Source of the DNA: Squalus acanthias
Taxonomy: Eukaryota
Assembly: GCA_030390025.1 (NCBI GenBank)
Contig: JASTWF010000346.1
Span: forward strand, 434,001 to 498,000
DNA length: 64,000 nucleotides
Direction of reading: 5' to 3'
Within the stretch, counting starts at the first letter, position 1, and each line of letters begins with the position of its first letter. The notes beneath the pieces were generated by a model. The model saw nothing but the letters and a program-made list of their open reading frames with translations. It was not told the DNA's origin and did not search any database. Both the position numbers and the translations under genes were made by a program. Shown here in pieces: positions 37,001-46,100 of the stretch.

Positions 37001-38562
37001 GTACTGAGGGAGTGCTGCACTATCGGAGGGGCAGTACTGAGGGAGTGCTGCACTGTCGGAGGGGCAGTACTGAAGGAGCGCTGCACTGTCGGAGGGGCAG
37101 TACTGAGGGAGTGCTGCACTGTCGGAGGATCAGTACTGAGGGAGCGCTGCACTGTCGGAGGGGCATTACTGAGGGAGTGCTGCACTGTCGGAGGGGCATT
37201 ACTGAGGGAGTGCTGCACTGTCGGATGGGCAATACTGAGGGAGTGCTGCACTGTCGGAGGGGCATTACTGAGGGAGTGCTGCACTGTCGGAGGATCAGTA
37301 CTGAGGGAGCACTGCACTGTCGGAGGGGCAGTACTGAGGGAGTGCTGCACTGTCGGAGGGGCATTACTGAGGGAGTGCTGCACTATCGGAGGGGCAGTAT
37401 TGAGGGAGTGCTGCACTGTCGGAGGGGCAGTACTGAAGGAGCGCTGCACTGTCGGAGGGGCAGTACTGAGGGAGTGCTGCACAGTCGGAGGATCAGTACT
37501 GAGGGAGCGCTGCACTGTCAGAGGGGCAGTACTGAGGGAGCGCTGCACTGTCAGAGGGGCAGTACTGAGGGAGTGCTGCACTGTCGGAGGGGCATTACTG
37601 AGGGAGTGCTGCATTGTCGGAGGGGCAGTACTGAGTGAGTGCTGCACTGTCGGAGGGGCATTACTGAGGGAGTGCTGCACTGTCGGAGGGGCATTACTGA
37701 GGGAGTGCTGCACTGTCGGATGGGCAATACTGAGGGAGTGCTGCACTATCGGAGGGGCATTACTGAGGGAGTGCTGCACTGTCGGAGGAGCAGTACTGAG
37801 GGAGCGCTGCACTGTCGGAGGGGCAGTACTGAGGGAGTGCTGCATTGTCGGAGAGGCAGTACTGAGGGAGTGCTGCACTGTCGGAGGGGCAGTACTGAGG
37901 GAGTGCTGCACTGTCGGAGGGGCAGTACTGAGGGAGTGCTGCACTGTCGGAGAGGCAGTACTGAGGGAGTGCTGCACTGTCGGAGGGGCAGTACTGAGGG
38001 AGTGCTGCACTGTCGGAGGGGCAGTACTGAGGGAGTGCTGCACTGTCGGAGGGGCAGTACTGAGGGAGTGCTGCACTGTCGGAGGGGCAGTACTGAGGGA
38101 GTGCTGCACTGTCGGAGGGGCAGTACTGAGGGAGTGCTGCACTGTCGGAGAGGCAGTACTGAGGGAGTGCTGCACTGTCGGAGGGGCAGTATTGAGGGAG
38201 TGCTGCACTGTCGGAGGGGCAGTACTGAAGGAGTGCTGCACTGATGGAGGTGCCGTATTTCGGATGATACATTAAATCGAGGATCCATCTGCCCTCTCAG
38301 GTGGACATAAAAGATCCCATGGCACTATTTCAAAGAAGAGCAGCGGGAGTTCTCCCTGGTGTCCTGGGGCCAATATTTATCCCTCAACCAACAACACTAA
38401 AACAGATTATCTGGTCATTATCACATTGATGTTTGTGGGAGCTTGCTGTGCGCAATATGGCTGCCGCGTTTCCTACAATTCAAAGTACTTCATTAGCTGT
38501 AAAGTGCTTTGAGACATCCTGAGGTTGTGCGAGGCGCTATACAAATGCAAGTCTTTCTTTTC
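25081..38562 (+). mobile_element. Single SacSINE1/DeuSINE-like SINE (head 25081-25190, body and tail 38251-38562) split by a satellite derived from its own sequence
   Basis: Head GTGTCAGCCGTGGCTCAGTGGG...CTGACACTCCATTGCAG runs into the array; the SINE resumes at GGAGGTGCCGTATTTCGGATG as in intact copies. Confidence 0.9.
25189..38250. repeat. 33-bp satellite (GCAGTACTGAGGGAGTGCTGCACTGTCGGAGGG)n, ~395 copies, with higher-order repeats
   Basis: Seen directly; rare variants recur at a 3099-bp spacing (31001/34100, 32132/35231). Confidence 0.97.
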
Positions 38563-38854
38563 TTTTCTGACTGCTGGGCTCCTACACACAGCAAAGGTGT
38601 GAAAGTGAGCAGCTGTCCTCAGGGATGTTATTGAATATCTCCTGGTGACATTGGCCGGGGTTAAGGACCAGTTAATTTTTAACAGTCAGATATAACGCAC
38701 ATGACGGGTCCACATTTTCCTTTTGCCATTTAACGGAAGGGAAGGAAGGAGGGAGGGAGGGAGGGAGGAAGGGAATGAGCAACAAGGCACATCATACAAC
38801 AACTCATGTAATGGAGAACACTTGGCGTTCGACCGGGATGGGCTGATCACTCAG

Positions 38855-39370
38855 ATTCATTACAGGAAGGATGTGATTGCACTAGAGAGGGTGCAGAGGA
38901 GAATTACGAGGATGCTGCCAGGACTGGGGAATTTTAACTGTGAGGAACGATTGGATAGGCTGGGGTTGTTTTTGTTGGAACAGGGGAGGCTGAGGGGAGA
39001 GTTAATTGATGTGTATACAATTATGAGGTGCCTAGATAGAGTGGATAGGAAGGACCTATTTCCCTTAGCAGAGAGGTCAATAACCAGGGGGCATAGATTT
39101 AAAGTAATTGGTCGGATTAGAGGGGAGTTGAGGAGAACTTTTTCACCCAGAGGGTGGTGGGGGTCTGGAACTCACTGTCTGAAAGGGTGGTAGAGGCAGA
39201 AACCCTCATCACATTTAAAAAGTACTTGGATGCACACTTGAAGTGCTGTAACCTACAGCCTGCGGACCAAGTGCTGGAAAGTGGGATTAGGCTGGGTCAC
39301 TCTTTTTCATCCGGCGCAGACACAATGGGCCGAAATGGCCTCCTTCTGTGCCGTAAATATCTATGATTCA
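38855..39370 (+). mobile_element. CR1 3' fragment
   Basis: HYRKDVIALERVQRRITRMLPGL...RGHRFK and WNSL; CR1 3'UTR. Confidence 0.85.
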
Positions 39371-39700
39371 ACGTGGAAAAGTCAAACTCATGGGCTGGGA
39401 TTCTGTGATGTAAAGATTGTAAAGGAAAAAGAACTAAACCTATTTAATAGCACGGTTCAGTTTGCACGTCCCACCCTCTATGAGTGTCATGGGACATCAG
39501 CCACAGAAATCTTTGGAAATTTATGCAACAGGAAGTGACCGGAGCAGCACAGGCTTCTAAAATTAGTTAAAATAATAAACAGCATTTGGTCTCCATTCCC
39601 ATGGAAATGCAATGAATTCATGTCATTATTAGGGTGGTGCCACAATTCTAAATGTTATCGTTCTGAACAAGCTGCTGTCTGATCCACCAAAGGACAGCGT

Positions 39701-41307
39701 TGTAGAATTCGCAATTATCGCGATTTCATTTTATTAAGGAGAAAACACAAGTTTCATTCAAAACAGCTTTTATTTCAGCGGAATGCTGTCAGGTTTAAAT
39801 TGGACACAAGCAGCCTGTAAAATGGCCGCCGCACCGCGTGACAGAACATTCGAGACTTTTCGGCAGGCAGACAAGATGGCGTTCCAATAAACATTTTTGC
39901 AGGATCGATAACGATTCAGCACAGTGAAGACAATACACAGGACATTATGGGTTTACAGTATAAACATCGATACTGGAATCGGTCTCCCAGGTACAAAGGA
40001 AAGCCATCAAGGGCCCATCCAAAGGACATTAATATGTAAACTCCCAACGGCTCTACGATGAGAGAGCCGTTAGCAGGTAGTTATGCAGGACATTTGGAAG
40101 CCCCAAACCCCTCCAGGGGGAACACCGACCGATTTAACAATGGGAGAAGTATTAACAGGTACTCAAACATTCAGGAGTAGCCCCGAAACCCATTAAAGAC
40201 AGAGATCACCCATACAGGACTTTTTGGGCGCCAAACCTTAAACAAAAGAATGGACATTATAGTTGGGCGGGAAACGGAAGAACTGTGCACTATAATTGCA
40301 GGCCCAAACCGTCCATTCTGTCTCTTGATTCTTGCCTCTTGACTCCTGATTCTTGCTCTTGCCTCGTGTTCGTGACTCTTGCCGCTTGCTGCTGTTAACC
40401 TCGTGGCTGCTCCTGGGTAAAAGACTGTTGCAAAGACCTATGTTGGTAGCTGGCAGCGGAACCGAAGGCCCGGGATGAGATGAGATGAGATGAGATGAGA
40501 GGAGAAGAGAAGAAGACCTTATCCATCGCCACGGTCAGTAAATCCCGACCGCGCCTGTAGGTCGATCAGCCAAGTCTTCTTGACGACGAAGTTTTCTTCT
40601 AACAAAACATATTGCATCGATGATAACTGGACTGTGCAAACACATCGTATCAGCGATATTGACAACGGTGTTCCACCATACCCTGTATCCAACCAACAGA
40701 GGTCTTCACTACAGCGGACGGTCCAGCCGACTGACCGAGCAGCAGAAGCAGTAAACAAGTGGGACCAGGAGATCTCCTGACCAACACGTGGGTGCTGCGG
40801 TGAAAAACATCCGATCAGCTATTCGGGATTTCTCCGAGTTATTACGAGTGGTGAGCATGAGTCTCGGGATCCTGCGAAGCTAGTTTCAGGATAGTTATTG
40901 ATAGGGGAGGGTTTAAAGTAAGGATATTTGTAATGTGTGCCCTATTTACGTTGTGCTGGTCGTTCCTCGTTTCCCTAAGAGTGATTATAACTGTTTGTAA
41001 GATTGTACTGTCATTAATCTGTGCATATGACATGTATTTCATAATTTTAAGTATCATGCAATAAAGATTTTCCATTTCGTACCGTTCAAACCAAGTCTAC
41101 ATGAGTTTTATCTCCATTGCTGCTCTCGCATCTAAGTCCAGTGTCTAGAACCGTAAGGGAGAGTGATTCGAACCACTCACAGGGGTGTCTAGTGTTCCCA
41201 GACTGGCTGGAGACCAGGCCTAGACCCGCACTGACATACAGGCTGCACAGAGCCGCGTGAATCTCACAGGTTACGAGACACGCAGGGTCAGGAGAGTATC
41301 CCTTACA
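39701..41307 (+). repeat. 5' LTR (1607 bp)
   Basis: TGTAG...TTACA; repeated at a constant offset of 10982. Confidence 0.97.
40265..40320 (+). promoter_or_regulatory. Putative LTR core promoter: GC box, ETS-like site, TATA-like box, Inr-like motif
   Basis: GGGCGG at 40265, CGGAAG at 40275, TATAAT at 40291, CCATTCT near 40313. Confidence 0.55.
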
Positions 41308-41311
41308 GAAA

Positions 41312-43123
41312 ATGGCGACCGCGGCAGGACATTGGCAGCGAGAGGGTGGTGTGTTGGACTTTGGAATGACTGTACGAAATGTGATGCAGGAAAAGATAGC
41401 GGATTACGTATTTGGAAAGGTTAATCTAACGAAAAAGTGGATAAGCGAATTGTTAGCGGATAAGAGCCCACTAGAGGCAGCTGAAAGGTGGACGGATAGT
41501 AAGGAGCATAAAAAGGCAGTTGAGAAAGCAGTCTGGCTTATGTGCTACAAAAGGCAGGTTCAGATTTCTAACCAGACCAATACAGCGCTAACCGCTCGAA
41601 TCAAGCAGTTAGAGGAGGAAATGGAGGAGAAGGTTTCTGGAGGGGAGGTGCTCATTAAGAGTTTAAATGAGTTACGCCAGGAAAGCCAGGAAGTCTCCAG
41701 CTACCTTAAAACAAGGGTAGAGTATCTCGAGTGCCAGATCACTGAAGCAAAATTAAACGAGAATAGGATGAAGGACAGATGTAACCGTCAAGCTGCCCAG
41801 ATAAGAACTCAAGAAGAGAGCTTAATGGGGGTTAGGTCGGCGTATAAGTTGGCCCTTGAGGATAAGTTTCAGGGAGCCGACCATAGCGCCTGCGAAAAGG
41901 AGATAGAGAGCCTCAAAAAGGCCGTGAATAATGCGAACGGCATGGTGTGCCTTATTAATCCGTCGGCACGCCAGCCGCTAGTAAGTGAGAGATTTAGAAA
42001 TTCCCCACCAAGTAAAGCAGAAGAAGTAGTAGCCACTGCGCCCCCCGCGCCACCCAGCTATTCAGAAACCTGGGTTAGGGAGGAAGCACCGGAAGAAGCG
42101 AAAGAGCCCGTTGAAAAAGAGGTAGAAAAGGGATCGTTGTATCCAGTAACGGGGATTAAAAGGGGCCCAAGCAGAAACGGTGGGGAAGAACCGGGGGATC
42201 TCCTCGGACAGCTGGTGTTGCCTCACAGTTCACATCAGCTGAGGGCCATGATAAACCACGTAAGGAAGCTGACCGAGATAGACGACCCTTCCGTACATTT
42301 CAGGGAAGTAGAGCAAGCCGCAGCCATCAACGGCTGCGATGATGGGGAGACAGCAAAAATGCTGCTGTTCTCGTTAGATAGCTCGGTCCTTCAGTGTCTC
42401 TCAGGCGATAGCAAGAGGGGTAATAAAAGTTATGAGGAATTGAAAAATGAGGTCCTAGAAGTAGTGGGAGCGAACGACGGAGGTCCGTTTGCTAGAGTGG
42501 GACAGACAGTGCAGATGGAGGGAGAACCCCCGAAGGTTTTTGCCGACAGGCTGTGGCCAGTATATGAGCGCAGCTGTCTAGGTGCGCCCGAACGCGAAGA
42601 TGTGGAAGGCGCCGCTTTAATTCATTGGCTTAGGTGCATAATAGCCAACAGTTTACCAGCCGTTAGAGAGCAGGCAAAAGCCTGGTTCGATCCCAATGAC
42701 CTCAACCTTACGGAAGAGTCGGTCTTGAATCGACTCACGTTAGGTTACCGTAACATAAGGGGTATGGCAACACGTCCTTTTAAGGGAAAAGTACATGAGG
42801 TACGACCCGCAGCCCCGGCTCAAAGAGAGTGGCATCAGGAGGGTAATCGCGCCCCACCGGCAAGCAATGCCTGTTACGGGTGCGGGAAGACAGGGCACTG
42901 GCGCAAGCACTGCAGGAACCCTTGGAAGGATTCCAAGGATAAGAATCCCGCGGTCCGAGCCCAGGCGCCTGTCCCGGCTAAGGAGGCAAAGGTACCCACC
43001 TCTCCCGAAGACCTTGAGGCAGTGTTAGGAGTCATGCGCAAGATGGTTTTAAATGCGCGTGGACAGGTGGCGGTCGCAACCGGCCCCGTAGGTGCCGCAG
43101 GACCATCTAATAGTGCCCCATGA
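41312..43123 (+). CDS. gag: Gag (603 aa): coiled coil, PPxY late-domain motif, capsid-like region, CCHC zinc knuckle
   Basis: CYGCGKTGHWRKHC knuckle; APPAPPSY; lies directly after the 5' LTR. Confidence 0.9.
   Translation: MATAAGHWQREGGVLDFGMTVRNVMQEKIADYVFGKVNLTKKWISELLADKSPLEAAERWTDSKEHKKAVEKAVWLMCYKRQVQISNQTNTALTARIKQLEEEMEEKVSGGEVLIKSLNELRQESQEVSSYLKTRVEYLECQITEAKLNENRMKDRCNRQAAQIRTQEESLMGVRSAYKLALEDKFQGADHSACEKEIESLKKAVNNANGMVCLINPSARQPLVSERFRNSPPSKAEEVVATAPPAPPSYSETWVREEAPEEAKEPVEKEVEKGSLYPVTGIKRGPSRNGGEEPGDLLGQLVLPHSSHQLRAMINHVRKLTEIDDPSVHFREVEQAAAINGCDDGETAKMLLFSLDSSVLQCLSGDSKRGNKSYEELKNEVLEVVGANDGGPFARVGQTVQMEGEPPKVFADRLWPVYERSCLGAPEREDVEGAALIHWLRCIIANSLPAVREQAKAWFDPNDLNLTEESVLNRLTLGYRNIRGMATRPFKGKVHEVRPAAPAQREWHQEGNRAPPASNACYGCGKTGHWRKHCRNPWKDSKDKNPAVRAQAPVPAKEAKVPTSPEDLEAVLGVMRKMVLNARGQVAVATGPVGAAGPSNSAP
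41313..41330 (+). promoter_or_regulatory. Primer-binding site complementary to tRNA-Arg(TCG)
   Basis: TGGCGACCGCGGCAGGAC is the reverse complement of ...GTCCTGCCGCGGTCGCCA, the 3' end of vertebrate tRNA-Arg(TCG) as I recall it. Confidence 0.85.
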
Positions 43124-46100
43124 CTAGAACCAGCACAGCCCGTCTACCTGTGTCCGCTCAGCTATGATGCGTGGAGGCGACCTGTGGTGGAGATGGAGGT
43201 AGAGAAACAAAAGGGCAGTTATCTGTTGGACACGGGAGCTTCTTGCACCATAATCCATACAGATGACCCTTTTGACTCGCCGCTATCTACCAAGGTCCCA
43301 TTCACGCTAGCAGGGTTCACAGGGAAAGAACAGGCTGGCACGTTTTCCCTCCCGCTATCCATTCGTTTAGGGACACTTCGCCTTAAGTGGAAGTGTATAC
43401 TGATGGCATGGCAAAAGGGGGGTGGAAGAGGTATTCTCGGGTCCGATCTGCTAGCGGGACACGGGATCCTCGTGGACCTCAGAAATCACTGTCTCTGGGG
43501 GGCTAAAGGGGAAAAAGGCGAAGTAATGGTAATTCAAGGGGAGGAAGAAACAGGGGTCCTGTGTACCGTACAGCCATCCGGAGGCTACGACCTCAGGCTT
43601 ATGGTCGCAGATGTCCCAACGGACATGCAGACGTACGTGACGGATAATATGCACGCGTTTGCAACCCACAAGCACGATTGTGGGAGGGTGGTCGGGTTTG
43701 AGGTCAGCGTAGATGGGGACCCCATGACCCGACCCCAAAAGCAGTATAACTTCCCCAAAGAAGCAGAACCCGATATGGAGGCAGCAATGTCTTCCTTGGT
43801 GCAGCAGGGCGTGTTGAGGCCGATAGCCACACACGTGAACTCCCCATTATGGCCGGTTAGGAAGCCGGATAATTCGTGGAGAGCCACGGTGGACTACAGA
43901 GTCCTTAACAGTAACATCCCCGCCTGCGCGCCCACAGTAGCAGCAGTTGCTGACCTAATAGGGAGCATCCCAGCGTCCGCGACCACGTTCACGGTGCTGG
44001 ATATCTCGAACGGTTTTTGGTCCATCCCGCTGCGGCGAGAGGACCAGTACAAGTTTGCCTTTACGTTTAAAGGGCAACAGTACACGTGGAACTGTCTGCC
44101 ACAAGGTTTCCACAATAGCCCCAGTATTTTTCACCAGTGTATGGCAGGGAGTTTAAAGGAGTTTAGTCAGCCCAATCAGATAGTACAGTATGTGGATGAT
44201 TTGCTCCTATTTACGGACTCAAGGGAGGAGCACGGACCACTGCTGGACGAGTTATTGGAGCTGTTAGCGAGAAAGGGTTTTAAAGTAAACCCAAAGAAAG
44301 CACGTATCGGTCAGCAGGAAGTAAAATTCCTGGGGCTGACCCTACGCGCTGGGGAAAGAGCCATAGACAAAGCAAGGAGGGAGTCGGTGCAAGAATTACC
44401 GATTCCCAACAACGTAAGGGGTGTGAGGTCCTTCTTGGGACTGACCGGTTACTGCAGGGATTTTATCGAGGATTATGCGGCCACAGCGGCGCCGCTCCTC
44501 CGACTCCTCCACAAGGGAGTAGAGTGGCTTTGGGACGAGGGCTGCCAAGCAGCCTTCGAGAAGTTAAAAAGGGATCTGCAGACCGCGCCAGCCTTAGGGG
44601 CCATAGATGGGGGGAAGGAGTTTTTCCTGGAGGTAGCTGCCAGCGGAGACAGCTTAAGCGCCGTGCTGCTCCAAGAGCGTCACGGCAAGCTGAGGCCGGT
44701 TGTCTATTCATCCAGGGTATTAACGGATGTGGAGAGGAGTTTTTCCAATTGCGAAAGGCACCTTTTAGCCACGCATTGGGCTGTGAAAAGATCAGCGATC
44801 TTCACAGGGCTCTCTCCCATCACTCTCCTCACACATCACACACCAACTAAGATGCTTCTGGATGGGAGGATTAAAGACGGGACCGTAAGCAGCGCACGCA
44901 TTGCGCGTTGGACCCTTCTTCTCTCCCAGTTGGACATCAGAGTAAAAGGTCTTTGCGAGCCCAGGCTTGCGGCCAATTTGGTATACCCCGGTACAGCCCA
45001 CCGGTGTTCGGTGGAGGGGGTGTGGGAAGTCGACATAGGTTTACGGGCCGGGATACATCCCACTGGGCGCGAGATTTATGTTGATGGGTCTAGCACAGTA
45101 TCTGCTGGCGAGCGACTCACAGGGTGTGGAGTTTATGACCCTGCGGCAGACCTTGCCCTGGCGATCAAGCTCCCTAGCACCATGAGCGCGCAGCAGGCTG
45201 AGCTGTCTGCCGTGGTGTACGTGGTAACCCACCCAGACATTTTCCCAACCCCATACACGATTTGCTCGGACAGTATGTTCACCTGCAATTCGTGTACGGA
45301 ATACCTGGCCATTTGGTCCCGCCGTGGATACACCTCCGCGGACGGGCGACCTTTAACGGTAAAGCCCTTGCTGGAAAAGATCTTAGCAGCAGCAGTAGGG
45401 GAGGAAGGGGAGATTTTCATCCATAAGGTGAAAGCTCACTCCTCCACAGAGCCCCGTGGGGAGGGCAACCGGCAGGCGGATGCGCTAGCCAGGGAGGGTG
45501 CCCGCGACGGTACTTTCTGGAACCCCTATAGAACCGGACCCATAGCAGCGGTCCGAGGTGGGGACGGGAATACCGGGAACACCAGGGTAGCATTGCCCCT
45601 AGACCTTAAGACCGTCCAAGCCCAGGATCCCGCCCTAAAAGCAGTCCTAAAAACGATTGCTGAGGGGAGGCAGGTAGAAGGTCCGTACAGTACGGCAACC
45701 CTCTCAGTTAAGGAAGGCATGCTGTTCCGCGAGGAGCAGTGGGTTGTGCCGCAGCAGCACAGGAGGGAATTCCTCCAGTTGGCTCACGAGGGACCAGGGG
45801 CAGGGCACCCCGGGCCCGAGGTTACCTGGCAACGGGTAGAGCAAGCGGGATGGTGGCCAGGGCTCAGGGAACAAGTCCGCGAGTTCTGTGCAAACTGTCT
45901 TGTGTGCGCTGCAAATAACCCAGACCCCCAGAAAAGGAAGGTGCCCATGGGACACGTAAGAAGGGTAGAGGGACCATGGCAGTCGATACAGATCGACTAT
46001 ATAGGACCCCTGCCCACCACCCAGGGAGGTTATAAGTACTGCCTCGTCCTGGTGGATGTGTTTTCCAAGTGGGTGGAAGCCTTCCCTTGTCGAACAGCTA

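Noticed and set aside
3..38250. CRISPR-like appearance of the 30-34-bp repeats
   Set aside because: Units are head-to-tail with no unique spacers, there are no cas genes, and the context is vertebrate
25098..38288. Many ORFs with RRGSTEGVLHC / LRECCTVGGAV / STAPPTVQHSL repeats (keratin-associated- or mucin-like)
   Set aside because: A 33-bp unit gives 11-aa periodicity in several frames on both strands, with frequent frameshifts; the DNA is SINE-derived
39694..39700. Longer target-site duplication ACAGCGT
   Set aside because: On the right side the ACA belongs to the LTR terminus (also present at the 5' LTR end), so the TSD is GCGT
40519..41075. Short ORFs in the LTRs (66-79 aa), duplicated at 51501-52057
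   Set aside because: No recognisable motifs; their identity only reflects LTR duplication
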